Of a stretch of 64,000 bases of DNA, positions 1 to 13,947 are shown piece after piece. Source of the DNA: Eledone cirrhosa (lineage: Eukaryota). The stretch covers positions 45,260,001 through 45,324,000 of the forward strand of contig OZ024750.1 in assembly GCA_964016885.1 (NCBI GenBank). The letters are read 5' to 3'. Positions within the stretch are counted from its first letter, which is position 1. Each line of letters begins with the position of its first letter. The notes under the pieces are model-generated. The model had not been told where the DNA came from and did not search any database. It worked only from the letters and a program-made list of their open reading frames with translations. The position numbers and the translations under genes were made by a program.

Positions 1-756
1 GGTTACATGATAGCTTCACGTTGGTTTTTTTCCATATTGAGTTCTATATTTAGAATTTCCAGGAAAATATATAATTTATGTATGTTACGAATTTTGTAAT
101 ATTCGTAACATACATAAATTATATATTTTATGAATTATATATTTTATAAATTATATAATAAAGCAGCAGTAATGTACTGGGATAATTGCTGGCCTTGTGC
201 CAAAAAGTAGAAACAATTATTAATATTCGAAAAACTTCTATTTTCTCTATTGCATCTCCGTTGATTACACAAATATATATGCATTTATTCATTTATCTCG
301 CAAAGATATAATTATGATTATGTCTTGGTAAACAAAAATCTGGATATAAATACGTATCATAGATTGAGTTAGACACTCAAAATAGTATTTTACAATTAAA
401 TAGCTCAAAGAAGGGAATCTTTCAGAGCCGTGTAATATAACTGGATATATGAGAGGGATGAACACAGATGTAAGTATACATGTGTTCCAATTGCAAAAGA
501 CCAAGTTAGCAAGGTTGAAAAAATACTAATTTAAAACAATATGGTTTACCGATTCGATTTAACGTAATAGATCAATAAAAATACCAAACCTATATCGGGC
601 AAATAGTCTATGATACCCGGATAGATGTAAATCTGTTTCGCAAGAACTATTAAGTGAAAGGTAGAATTCCTGTGCTCTTCTGCGGGCATCCAGGAAAATT
701 CGTAACTTTCGCTTCGAAGGATCTAAGAAGACTGCATTTACACAAACACACACACA

Positions 757-791
<35 letters not shown>

Positions 792-794
792 TAT

Positions 795-1158
<364 letters not shown>

Positions 1159-1483
1159 AGTCGTTTGGAAGCCTCGACAATGAAAATGGGTAAATCTCCG
1201 GGTAACAAGATCCGGTGGTGGAGAGCGAGATGTAAGTGAGTGTACGTTGAGATGCGTGGTGTGTATGAGATGGGTAGAAGAGTGAAGGAAAGAGTATAAA
1301 GGGTAAAATAAAATAACAACACGAGAGAGAGTTACGTTGGGAGAGATTTAATAGTCCCTATATATTTCGGATTCACTTCCATCAACTGGGTTTTTTTTCC
1401 GGGGTGGGGTAAATGTTGTCTGTCGGACAAGTGCGAAACGCGTCCTCCGCTGTTTGTTGTTTGTTGTTTTGAATATATTTATA

Positions 1484-1651
1484 AGTTTTAATATAGATGA
1501 GATTCTACAGGATTAGAACTGTTTCTGATGATTTCTAAAGAATGAAACAGTTCTAGTCCTGTAGAATCTCAACTATATTAAAACTTTTATGCTCTGCAAT
1601 GTATTGAGTACCTTACTTACTGTGGTTACCTCCGATTCAACCTGGAATAAC

Positions 1652-1652
<1 letters not shown>
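1484..1652 (+). mobile_element. Family C pseudo-LTR fold-back (inverted repeat 1484-1585 plus tail) with HHR core at 1525-1570
   Basis: CTGATGA-TTTCTAAAGAAT-GAAA-CAG..CTG-TA-GAATC; the 5' strand of helix I is lost at the inversion junction; tail matches 61400-61470 (minus). Confidence 0.7.
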
Positions 1653-1703
<51 letters not shown>

Positions 1704-1705
1704 AA

Positions 1706-2925
1706 CTAGCCAGCCCGCCAACAAGCTAAAGACACTAGTTAGACAATCAACAAAACAAGCTGCTAATCTAGAGAACTAATCAACCAAAAAACCAACAATC
1801 CAACAGATCAATAAGCCGACCAAACAGAATCCAGATACCCGGCAAGCGAGGGATACAGATAGCCGGCAAGCCAGGAATCCAAACAGCCAGCAAGCCAGCA
1901 AGCCAGGAATCCATATAGCCGGCAATCCAGGAATCCAGATAGCCGGCAAACCAGCAAGCCAGCAAGCCAGCTAGACATCAAGCCGGCTAGCTAGCAAGCC
2001 AGCAAGCAGGCAAGCCAGTAAGAAAGCAAGCCAGTAAGCCAGCAAGACATCAAGCCAGCTAGACATCAAGCCAGCAAGCTAGCAAGCCAGCAAGCCAGCA
2101 AGCCAACAAGCCAGCAAGCCAGCAAGCCAGCTAGACATCAAGCCAACAAGCCAGCAAGCCAGCAAGCCAGCAAGCCAGCAAGCTAGCAAGACATCAAGCC
2201 AGCAAGCCAACAAGACACATAACTAGCCAGTCACTAAGCCAGCCCACCGCCAACGCAGTCAACAAACCAGTCAGATGATACTCCAGTATACCAGACATCC
2301 TGCCTGCACCAGCCAGCCAGCCAACCAACCAGCCAGCCAACTCAGTCAACAAACCAGCCAAACGGTACTTCAATATACCATACAAAAATGCCAGCCAGCT
2401 AGACAGTCAGATACCCATCCACCATCCAGCCAGCTAGCGAGCCAGGAAGCCAGGCAGCCAGCCAGCCATCTACCCAGAGCCCGCCCGCCAGCCACCCAGT
2501 CAGCTAGGTAGCCAGCCATCAGCCGACCAGCCAAGCAGCCAGCCAAAACAGACACACACACCCGCGAGCCAGCCGGCCAACCGGCCAGCCAGCCAGCCAG
2601 CTACCAGCCCAGCCAGCGAACCAGTCAGCCAGCCAGCCATCAGCCAACTAGCCAGGCAGCCAGCCAAACAGACACACATCCCGCCAGCCAGCCGGCGAAC
2701 CGGCCAGCCAGCCAGCCAGCCAGCCAGCTAGCAGGCCAGCCAGCCAACCAGTCAACCAACCAGTCAGCCAGCCAGCCATCAGCCAACTAGCCAGGCAGCC
2801 AGCCAAACAGAGACACATCCCGCCAGCCAGCCGGCGATCCGGCCAGCCAGCCAGCCAGCCAGTAGCAGCCCAGCCAGCCAGCCAGCCAGCCAACCAGTCA
2901 GCCAACCAGTTAGCCAGCCAGCAAC
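1706..2925. repeat. (GCCA)n / (CAAGCCAG)n GC-rich micro/minisatellite
   Basis: Direct reading; ORFs here are LAGW-type repeat translations. Confidence 0.9.
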
Positions 2926-3421
2926 TCATTATTCAGCGTCACAGTAAAAAGCAGAAGGCCAACCGACGACGCTTTGTCCTTCCACTCTCCTTTTATTTTT
3001 CTTGAAAGGTGGCCCTAATCAAATTCCTTAGTTGCACTAATCAGATTACATTGTTACAGATATTAGGCTTTCACACATAGTTTCACCTCGTTAATTAAGG
3101 TTTGTCTGCCCGAAAGTCCCAAAAGCATACATCGAGCCATCTCAAGGCGGATTTATAAACAGTTTAGTAACCTTTAAAGAAACGTTTACCAAGATTGGCT
3201 TGGCTGTCTGCCCAGAATAGAATCATCCCCAGGGGACTTACAAAGCCGATGTATCTTCTGCCCTTACAAGAAGAATTAGATGAAGAGCTAATATATTTAC
3301 TACTGTACAGTCATCTTCTATTATCACTTCCTTCATTGCTGTTTCTTGTTTGTTTTATATATTTTAATTTTTTCTATTTGTTTGTCTTTAATTTCATTGT
3401 TTTGTTTACTGTATGTAGGCT

Positions 3422-3538
<117 letters not shown>

Positions 3539-3840
3539 CTGTGTGTGTGTGTTTGTTTTGAGTGTGTGTAGCTATATGCATATACTTACAGATGAACAAA
3601 CATACATGAATTACATCGATACATACATACATGTGTACATATATACACATATACATATATACATATATACATATACCCATAAATACAATCATTTCATACA
3701 TGCATACATACATACACAAATATACACATGCATACACGCATACATACATACATATATACGTACATTACATAGGTACATATATATATATACATACATATAT
3801 ACATATATATATATACACACATATATATATATATATATAT

Positions 3841-4039
3841 AACGAAGGAAATGTGGTAAGGAACCAGGTGGACCATAACGCACCAAAGTACTCAATACTT
3901 GAGGTAGTAGAGTGGGTAATAGGAACCAGTAAGACCCCGACAGCTGAGCTCAAGCCGTTTCGACGGCTAATTCTGGACTCAGAAGTCCAGAATTAGCCGT
4001 CGAAACGGCTTGAGCTCAGCTGTCGGGGTCTTACTGGTT

Positions 4040-4043
<4 letters not shown>
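3841..4043. mobile_element. Family D pseudo-LTR fold-back module in (TA)n
   Basis: Left arm is the reverse complement of 61219-61358; right arm is 61220-61279; flanked by (TA)n on both sides. Confidence 0.9.
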
Positions 4044-4101
<58 letters not shown>

Positions 4102-4253
4102 AAGTTTTATTTAAATTGTTGGGTTACAATGAGTAAATATTTATAACTGATATAAAAGCACTCAACAAATATTTGGAGTATATTTACGATATTAAGTAAA
4201 TGGAAACTATATTTATAAAACCATATTTATTTCATTATATATATTTCAGGGAT

Positions 4254-4254
<1 letters not shown>

Positions 4255-4291
<37 letters not shown>

Positions 4292-5867
4292 GGTAGATGT
4301 CTGTCTGTGTGTGTGTATGCATTTTTATGCATTTCGACATTTCTCTACCGATTTTGATGAATTTGTTTCCAATGTGCTCCAAATTGACCAGGGTAGGTCA
4401 ACGCGTAATTATTTTTGCCAAAGATTTCCTGCTTCTATGAAAAAAAATCGATAAAACTAAATACATGCTGTAACCCTCTCTCTTACACACTTCATTCCTC
4501 TCACTACTACCATCAAAATATATGAAAATATATACATGTTGCAACTCTCTTTAAAAGGTTCATATTTTCCTCTACTTCACTCTCAATCTCATTTGCAACT
4601 CTCTTTACAGTTTAGAACAACGACAAAACTTCTTTTGAAGGAACGCGACACAAACTTTGAAACGTAAGCAACAAACAGTCATACATCAAATATCAAAATG
4701 TGAAAAGCCGATACCACTAAACACATACTACTCTCTCAACGTTACATTTTACACACTTACATTTTACATCACATAACAAATATTCAAAAGCAACAGATGA
4801 ATTTATAAAACAACAAACGTAACAATAACGACGCTTAAGTATTTATTTACATGATTCTCAACAAAGACATTATATTTTATTGTTGTCCTTTTTGTAACTT
4901 TCTTTCTTTGTTTTTCTCAATATGAGACAAAAAAATTGATAAAAATCTTTTCACGGGATTCTATTGAAAGTCGGGAAAATTATTGCTTTTGGTCAGGAGA
5001 AGGTCATGAAGCAAACAAATTTCAAATCAGTCAACAATAAGGGAAACAGTCGATGATGATGATTCCCACTCTCTACCATTTAACTGCTTTACTCTCTCTG
5101 TCGCTCTTCGCTCCCTATATGACAACACTGCAGAGAGAGAAACAATGTATATGATCAAATGAAGCGTTCCGTATATTCCCCCTCTCTATAATTTAACTGC
5201 TTTACTCTCTCTGTCGCTCTTCACTCACTATATGACAACACTGCAATGGAGAGTTTCGTATTGGCATACGGCTTATCTGGGGCATTTTAAATCGGCTTAT
5301 TGGAAATAACAACCTGCAAAATAACACTTCATATAACAGATTAATGCTATAGACATATGAATCGGAATGTAACCCGTGAACTTTTTCCTGGGCAAAATTA
5401 TTTGAACAGAAATGACCTCATTGCCAGAGTGTTCAGACTGAAACTGGCTAATCTCCCATGGCCAACTTTATGTTGCCTGTTCCCGCGTAGCGAGCAGCAA
5501 TGGACTTTTTGCTTACACTCCTCAAGGGATGACATGCAATATCGTCTACAAAGAGGTGCTATAGATGTTGGAGGTGTTGGAGCTATGCCGTCTGGAAAAC
5601 TGGTAAGGTCACCCATAGCGGACAGATCTGACACCCAGCGGCATCAGGGCCACCATCTTGCAACTTTGGTCTACTAAATTCGCTATTGGAAGATTATTAA
5701 CCCATCATTGATTGTCCAAAATGGTAATTGGTTCGTAACTATTAATAACCGGTTCAACTGCTTTATGCACTTAATTGATAGGCTTATGCGCTTTCAAGTT
5801 ATGTTTAGCTGTATGTAACTTTTGATAGCAAATGAACAAACCCGAGCTACGCCGGGCTAAACTGTTA

Positions 5868-5868
<1 letters not shown>
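4255..5868 (+). mobile_element. Non-autonomous/decayed Helitron with Rep fragment
   Basis: 5' TC(ATAT..)ATAAAACGGTAGATGTCTGTCTG start; Rep-like peptide TRELFPGQNYLNRNDLIARVFRLKL at about 5372-5446; 3' hairpin CCCG..CGGG (5841-5856) then TTAG (CTAG variant); A|T insertion site. Confidence 0.7.
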
Positions 5869-5902
<34 letters not shown>

Positions 5903-6047
5903 TATATCTGTCTTTTTAACCGTTGGTCAGTCAATGATAAACATTGATTGCCAAATAAATTAACTGTGGAGATATAAAAGATACAGAAGCGAGAGCCACC
6001 AACCGACGCGATTTCATATTAAAAACCTTGCAAAACAGATTTATATT

Positions 6048-6100
<53 letters not shown>

Positions 6101-6254
6101 ATATAATTATGTAGTGGTGAATGAAATAACTATCTTATGTTGTTAATTACATAACTAATAAGCTATGTAGCCTACATAGAGCACTCTTTTTTCCTGTACC
6201 TTTCCGACGGAAATACTTCATTCACACACACACATATATATACATGCATGCATC

Positions 6255-6367
<113 letters not shown>

Positions 6368-6606
6368 GGTGGCTAGCAGTAGATGGGGTCATTGTTTGGT
6401 TGAGAGTGGGACCTGCTTAGGCGAGTTTCGTAGAACTCTGCGGTAGTTGATGGTCAATTTCCTTCGGACCTGCGCCTGCGGAGACCGGTGGGGGTCAATT
6501 GGTACTCACAAGGGAACGGGCTCAGAACTCAAGAGCGCACGCTTTGTCCGTTCCCATGTTGATTCAATTTGAATTGCCTCGCAAACAGAACCTTATTATA
6601 CAACAA

Positions 6607-6681
6607 GCTGTCTGACGATGTCGCGGCACTGGCATACAGCACCGAGTAGCCACTGTCGCCATTGAAAATACGTAACACAGC
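6607..6681 (+). ncRNA. Degenerate hammerhead-like motif with long helix II
   Basis: GCTGT-CTGACGA-long stem-GAAA-ATACGTA-AC-ACAGC; the U16.1 position reads A, so probably inactive. Confidence 0.45.
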
Positions 6682-6813
6682 ATTATCAGTAAAGGACTTT
6701 AACATGTGAAACTACTTCGCTTTTTCTTATTCGATATATACTCCGTCACTCCTAAGTCGAAAAACTACGTTGAGTGCTTCAATTGAATTGCATCAATATT
6801 TACCTTAAGTATA

Positions 6814-6868
<55 letters not shown>

Positions 6869-6996
6869 GTGAGGTTTTTTTTACAAAATGAAAAATAACC
6901 AAGGTGTCCTACACGAGTGAATGTATAAAGAAAGATGAAATCGAAAATGCAACTGGAGTCTTATTTTTTTAAAATATATATATATTTATTTGGTTC

Positions 6997-7032
6997 CTTT
7001 ACTGGTTTCGCAGTTCTTCTGCTTTTCAAAAG
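6997..7032 (-). ncRNA. Minimal hammerhead with U3-A8 variant core
   Basis: Minus: CTT-TTGAAAA-GCAG(AAGAA)CTGC-GAAA-CCAG-TA-AAG; lies inverted upstream of a GIY-YIG PLE fragment. Confidence 0.6.
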
Positions 7033-7270
7033 TAGAGTTGAGATGGAGGAGCTGTGGTTTTTCTCACATCTGGTTGGTCTCTGAATGTTACTTGTTTTAT
7101 ATGGAAAAAAGTGGCTCGAAATGACAGGTTTTTAGAGAAGTAATTTGATTGGTTGGTCAATAATTATAATAAATTTCGCACCAGTTCGCGTTACAAATTT
7201 CTTCAAACGGGGGGGGGGGGGGGGGCACAGGTTTTTTTTTTCATATATGAGTGTTTGAATTTCTTTTTAC

Positions 7271-7780
7271 TTGTCTTTTGCTTTTGACAAAACAATCAAA
7301 AGCAAAAGACAACCGAAATCACTTAAAACATTACTCACCAATGCCAAATTACCTACCACAAACCCACAACCAACTGTCAAAAAATGTGGTCGCTCTAATT
7401 GTGGAACCTGCACTCACCTCATTGAAGGCAACACGTATACATTTAAATCAGGACAAAATGTTGCTGTAAAAAATCACTTCACTTGCTCATCAAAAAATCT
7501 ATTTTATGCCATTAAATGTAAAGGATGCAATGAAGATTATATAGGACAAACTAAACTCACACTCAGAAACAGAATGACGGTTCATCGCCAACAATTACGA
7601 GATCCAACCACGAGACAGATACCACTAAACGCACATCTAGACATATGCGCATGTAATAAGACACCCAAATTCCAAGTCTTCCCATTTTACTTTTGCGCTA
7701 ACAATAAAACAGAGCAAATACGAATAAATAAGGAAAACATGTTTATTCAAAAATATAGACCAGCATTAAATATGCTTTAA
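7271..7780 (+). pseudogene. 5'-truncated PLE C-terminal GIY-YIG endonuclease (Neptune-like)
   Basis: KCGRSNCGTC Zn motif, NLFYAIKCKGC..YIGQT, R..H, H..C, KENMFI..Y.PALN-stop. Confidence 0.85.
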
Positions 7781-8566
7781 TATACATTATGTCAACACCA
7801 TAACATGCTAACCATCCAAACAGACACAAATACACACACACATAACACCTGCTACATTAGAAAATAAAAAACCCGAACTAAATAAACCTTAACATACGTT
7901 TGCGCTGACAATACAACAGAAGAAATACGAATAAGTAAGGAAAATATGTTCATTCAAAAATATTCCTACTAAAGGAATCATTTTCCTACACACACACACG
8001 CACACACAGAATATATATATATACTCTCTTCATCTTAACATGCTAACCATACTCCCACACACATAACTCCCATACACACACATAACCCCCCCCCACACAC
8101 ACAACTCCTTCCTCCATTTCTACTAATAGAATCACTTTCCTACACACATATATACACACACACAAAATATATATATTCTCTCCATCTTAACATACTCCCA
8201 CTCACACACACATAACACCCATATACACACACACACAACTCCCTCCCCCATTTCTACTAATAGAATCATCTTCCAATACACACACACACACACATTACAC
8301 AAACACACATATAAACATACACATCTTTACTTTCTTTACTTCAATAGAAAATCTGAATTCTGACACCCCAGCGAACTAACCATATTCACTGAACCAGAAC
8401 AATACTCCCATCCCATTTCTCTTGACCATTATCTTTTGCTTGTCATAAAATTCTCTAAAAAGGCTACAGAATAGATTTCCAAATAAGGGTGCGAAAATTT
8501 AATGAAAACTTGTTCACGTGACAGCCATAATTTCATTTATAACCAATCAAATTACGTTTATTAATT

Positions 8567-9724
8567 TATAAAAACAATGAGAATCTAAATTATGTTAATT
8601 TTAAATCTAACCACCCCACTAATATTAAGAATGCTATAGTTAGTAATATTGGAAAAATAATATCCAACCTATATTCTAATAAAAACATCTTTGATGCTAA
8701 CGCCAATTACTATACTAACGCGCTTTCTAAAGACGGCTATCCTGATAAAATCAAATATAGTAAAGAAACACATTCTAGAAGATCTTACAGTAGAATAATT
8801 AATCATGATCATTCCAATAACTTTAATAAAAGACCTAGATACAAAAACATAATCTGGTATAATGCTCCTTTCTCCATCTCTATTAATAATAATATTCCTA
8901 AATTATTCTTTAGTGCCTTAAATAAATACTTCCCTCCCTCACATATCTATAGTAAAATATTTAACAAACACACTATAACATTTTCCTATTCGACCTCCTC
9001 CAACATCTTCAACATTATCTCTAAACACAACAATAAAATACTAAATACTAAATCTTTTCCCTCCAACACTGAATATCATAATAAAAGTAATAGTACTCCC
9101 GACATCATTGTTAACTCTAGGCTAATTTCTGCAAACCGAAATACAACGTCAAACGCAACTTCGTTAAATGTTCTTAATTCCAATCTAAATCAAGAAACTA
9201 TTATTCCTATCGTAAATAACTTCTCCAATCCAATTACTTCTATAGATAACACTAGGTCACTTGTTAATAACTCTGTTAATTTCTCTAATCGCAATTGTAA
9301 TTGCCATGTTAAAAATAAATGTCCTCTCAACGACCATTGTCTTGAAAAAAACTTAATCTACGAATGTAAAGTTATAACTGACACCAATTCCTTTACCTAT
9401 GTTGGCTCCACTTCCACCTCGTTTAAAGCTCGTCTTTATAATCATCATTCGTTCTTTAAATACCAACTTAAAAGAAACAACACGGCACTCTCAGAACTCA
9501 TATGGTCATTGAAAGACAAAAATATTAACTATAACATCTCTTGGAGGAAGGTTTGTTCTACTTCTCCATACTTAAATGCTTCTATATCCAAGACATGTAA
9601 TCTCTGTTTTTGTGAGAAATTTACCATTATATCTAATTTAGATTCTATAATAAATAGACTCACTGACTTGTTTACTCTCTGCTTGCATAAATTCCACAGA
9701 ATATTCCATAAAGTATACAGCTAA
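8567..9724 (+). pseudogene. 5'-truncated Hydra-type PLE ORF (RT thumb, linker, GIY-YIG); frame open throughout but lacks a start
   Basis: Manual translation gives SNHP..IWYNAPFS..FSYST..CNCHVKNKCPLNDHC..LIYEC..YVGST..FKAR..WSLKD..CNLCFCEK; collinear with 59130-60068. Confidence 0.9.
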
Positions 9725-10905
9725 TATCTAATACTTTACCAATTTAAAATCCTTTTCTCAAAGGCACATATATATATTCATATATATTTCTTTACAAATA
9801 TACCCATCTTTCTACCTTATTTCAATGTTATTTATTATACATTATATAATACTAGTTACTCATTCTATATCACTCCTATTTATCACTTCCCTTTCTTTCT
9901 TTTCCTTTTTTCTTTTAATTTTTAACCTCTAATCTGTACCTTTTCTTCCTAGATACTTCTCAATTCTCATTATTACTCACCACAATATATCCTTACCCTT
10001 TTAAATACTTTATAATATCACCTTCAAAAATCCTTCGTAAACTTAAACATTTTTTTGACGTTACATTATTCATCCTCAATTCATTATTTTTTTCTCCCTT
10101 TCATGCTCATCTAACTTATACATATTACACATATTCATCCACTCTTCTACTTCTTTTCACAATATATCCTTAATTACATTACTATTGTTATATTTTTTAT
10201 ATATTTTTTTAATAATACATATCAACAATTTCTTTCCATCGCACATATTATTAAACCCTTCAATATTCGAACCTTAACTTAATATTATTCTTAATACATA
10301 TTAACAATTTCTTTTCATCGCACATATTATTAAACCCTTCAATATACAAACCTTAATTTAACATTATTCTTAAATTTATCTCTTCATTAATTTTAAAATT
10401 CTTTTTATTTATATATTATCGTCCAACGGTTTTTTAACCCCACTATGTAAAACAATATATTTTTTTATAAGTTATAAAAGCTATCTCTCTCTCTCTCTCT
10501 CTCTATCACCCATCTCTCCTCCTATATCATCCTTCCTTATTATACTCCTCCCCCTCTATTCTTTACTCTCATCTCCTCCTCTTTTTCATCCTTTCCCCAC
10601 GCCCCTCAATTTTTTCCCAATAACACACATCAATCTAAACCTACTTTTCATATGTTTATTTAAAACTGCACTATTCACAAGTGTTTTTTAACCTTCATAT
10701 CATGTCTCCCTATTTTATCTGACGAAAACGCAAATGTCATCGACTGACGATATTTGTTTTTGAAATGCGCATAATAAAATACATGGAACTTTTTAACCAT
10801 CTTTTGATCTTATATATTAGTTATACTCCAGTCCTACAAACTGTAGAGTGCTACTTATCCGATATCTCCATTGCTTTATTGTACTATAATAAAACTCACC
10901 TCCTA
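9725..10905 (+). mobile_element. 3' UTR and family B pseudo-LTR of the 8567-9724 PLE
   Basis: Pyrimidine-rich UTR ending in a segment shared with 18495-18740 and 40403-40775. Confidence 0.75.
10711..10781 (+). ncRNA. Type I minimal hammerhead, family B
   Basis: TATTTTAT-CTGACGA-long helix II-GAAA-TGCGCA-TA-ATAAAATA. Confidence 0.8.
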
Positions 10906-10909
10906 CACA

Positions 10910-10988
<79 letters not shown>

Positions 10989-10995
<7 letters not shown>

Positions 10996-11152
10996 TAAAA
11001 GGAAAAGAAAATGCTGACAAATGGTTCCCAGTGAAAAATAGTTTAATTAGGAATTCCTAATTAAACTATTTTTAACTGGGAACAATTTGTCAACATTTTC
11101 TTTTCCTTTTACCAATATATCACAACTCGTGTGTTACACCTCTATTCTTTTA
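10989..11152. repeat. About 130-bp palindrome plus tail in (TA)n; one arm recurs at 33841-33902
   Basis: ATTGGTAAAAGGAAAAG...GGAATTCC...CTTTTCCTTTTACCAAT. Confidence 0.75.
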
Positions 11153-11153
11153 A

Positions 11154-11190
<37 letters not shown>

Positions 11191-11191
11191 C

Positions 11192-11240
<49 letters not shown>

Positions 11241-11694
11241 TATAGATATATGTGTGTGTATATATAGATATATATATATATATATATATATACATTCATG
11301 CATGTATATGTACATACATACTTACATATAGAAACACCATTGAAAAGACTGTGTTATGTAGAAGACATCCATGATATTTAGGTAAGGTTTTATCACTTGA
11401 CACCATCTTTGGTGAAGTTGTTAGCTTTGCTTTCTGTCAGCCTTTACAACATTAACCTGCTACAATAGTTTGCATCATGTCTTCGCTCTATGATATGGTT
11501 ATGGTAGACATGTTATATATGTGTATCAACGTGTGCGAATAAACCCACACACACACACACATACACACACACACACACAAACATACACACACATATATAT
11601 ATATATGTTAAAGGTAAACAGAAATAACAACACCATTGGTACAGTATATGATAGGGATATATTAGTTTAACTCTTGAAATAGCAGGGAGAGGCA

Positions 11695-11728
11695 CTTAAC
11701 GTTTCGGACGCTAGTCATTCATCAGAAG
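11695..11728 (-). ncRNA. Minimal hammerhead candidate
   Basis: Minus: CTT-CTGATGA-ATGAC(TAGC)GTCC-GAAA-CG-TT-AAG; AACGTT palindrome in helix III. Confidence 0.55.
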
Positions 11729-11821
11729 AAAGAATGAGAAATTAGATCGATTAAAGGGACGGGGCTGGTGGTGGAATTGGAAACCATGTTTTTAGAGAAA
11801 CATACATACATACATACATAC

Positions 11822-11863
<42 letters not shown>

Positions 11864-11945
11864 ACATTCAGGACCCCAACGGCTGAGCTCCGGCCGATTC
11901 GACAGCTACGTGTATGTATTCATACACACACACATACATACATTC

Positions 11946-11997
<52 letters not shown>

Positions 11998-12037
11998 GCA
12001 CACACACACACACACACGCACACACACACACACACAC

Positions 12038-12138
<101 letters not shown>

Positions 12139-12180
12139 AATTTTATATTTTTATTTTTATTTTTATTTTTATATTTTTTC

Positions 12181-12291
12181 ACAGTTTCTGAAGACATGAT
12201 GGAGTCAACTTGCATTTTAAATTGAGTGGAAGTACTTACTGTGTTTAACAATTATTAGATAACTTTGTCAGTGAAACAATTGTTAAACTGT
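12181..12291 (+). ncRNA. Hammerhead with about 80-nt helix II insert (family H)
   Basis: ACAGTTT-CTGAAGA...GAAA-CAATTG-TT-AAACTGT, with a 7-bp helix I. Confidence 0.7.
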
Positions 12292-12360
12292 AAATAAACT
12301 TCCTTGTTTGTACTGTTGACCATATTATTCTCCATTTTTTCAATTTTATGTATGTATGTG

Positions 12361-12427
<67 letters not shown>

Positions 12428-12520
12428 GATAACAAGTTATCGTTTTAGGTAATGCAATTAGAGGTTGATTCTCAGATGTCCGATGAATATATAAATACCA
12501 GTGCCATGTGATACACCCTC

Positions 12521-12623
12521 CAGTATTCCGTTGATTTGATCAGAGACCCACACTGTATTTAAGGTGGAGTGACGCAACTTCGAGTGATAAGCGACCTGAT
12601 CAATGAAACAATTGTTAATACTG
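12521..12623 (+). ncRNA. Family H-related hammerhead with decayed core
   Basis: CAGTATT-CCGTTGA-TTTGATCAG...CTGATCAAT-GAAA-CAATTG-TT-AATACTG. Confidence 0.5.
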
Positions 12624-12666
12624 TAAATGAAACACTTTTGTACAGCCGACCACGTTATATATATAT

Positions 12667-12925
12667 GGACATGTGATGCGCATGGAGGATGACCGCTGTT
12701 TAAAGAAATGCCAGGAAATCCCAGTAGAAGGAAGACGCAGGAGAGGTAGACCGCGTAAAATATGGGGGGAGGTGATGAGAGCAGACCTCAGATCGCTGAA
12801 TCTCACCGAGCGGATGACGAAGGACCGTGACAAGTGGAGAGATGCTGTGCTGAATAGGACCCATCGAACTCTTGCAAGTAGGGAAAAGCAGACGTAAAAT
12901 TATGATGATGATGATGATGATGATA
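12667..12925 (+). mobile_element. RTE-clade LINE 3' end with (TGA)n tail
   Basis: GHVMRMEDDR..EGRRRRGRPRKIW..V..DL..DRDKWR, followed by (ATG)n. Confidence 0.85.
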
Positions 12926-13406
12926 TATAACATGTTGTTAAGGAGAAACCTATAAAATTATTTTTAAAAAATAGAAATACAAACGAAGGAGACGTAACTT
13001 ATTGCACATCGGCCGTTGAGATGGGACTGCGTATTTTCAACCCCTAACACGGGTACTGCGTCTGACATTAGCCAAACGGTGTCCAGTGGAGTAAGAGAAG
13101 AGTGACAAAACGTTACTTTATATCTGATATGATACAAAGCATAGAATTTTGTGTTACATTAGGGAAAAGGTCTGCTGCCTCCTAGCACAAAACATGTATA
13201 TATATATATATATATATATTATTGAGAATGTTAATAAATGAAAAATATTCTCATAATCAAAATATATATTTTATTATATATAATATTTTTCACTTATTAT
13301 CATTCTGAATAATATTAAATACTCCAGGAAAATCCCTTGTCGAGTGCTTCTAATCTATTGTAAAATTGTATTCGTTGACTAATGAACGAACCATATTAAT
13401 ATTGGG

Positions 13407-13485
<79 letters not shown>

Positions 13486-13489
<4 letters not shown>

Positions 13490-13900
13490 AAATATATGAT
13501 AAACGCGAAATGTGTTTATATTGCAACAGACAAAGTTAGCTATTAATGAAATAAACTAATTAAAGTGAATACAATTTGTCTGTCTCGATATAAGTCAATA
13601 AAGACAAGCTCATATTGGCAACGGCCATGATTCCTGGATAGATTTTAATTTCAAAATTCAAACCTGTTCTGTAGACGAATTTGAACCTCGAAACCTATAA
13701 GCTTGTCTTTATTGACTTATATCGAGACAGACAAATTGTATTCACTTTAATTAGTTTATTTCATTAATAGCTAACTTTGTCTGTTGCAATATAAACACAT
13801 TTCGTGTTTATCATATATTTTAAATGTATTTAACTGCTCGGAAGAGCCCCTTCCTGGAGCTTAATTATTGTAAACGACTGAGTGTTTATTCTCAAAATAT
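13486..13900. mobile_element. Inverted-repeat module in (TA)n (about 125-bp arms plus tail); related copy at 20705-20925
   Basis: 13486-13610 is the reverse complement of 13701-13824; the same arm sequence occurs at 20810-20925. Confidence 0.7.
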
Positions 13901-13901
13901 A

Positions 13902-13947
<46 letters not shown>

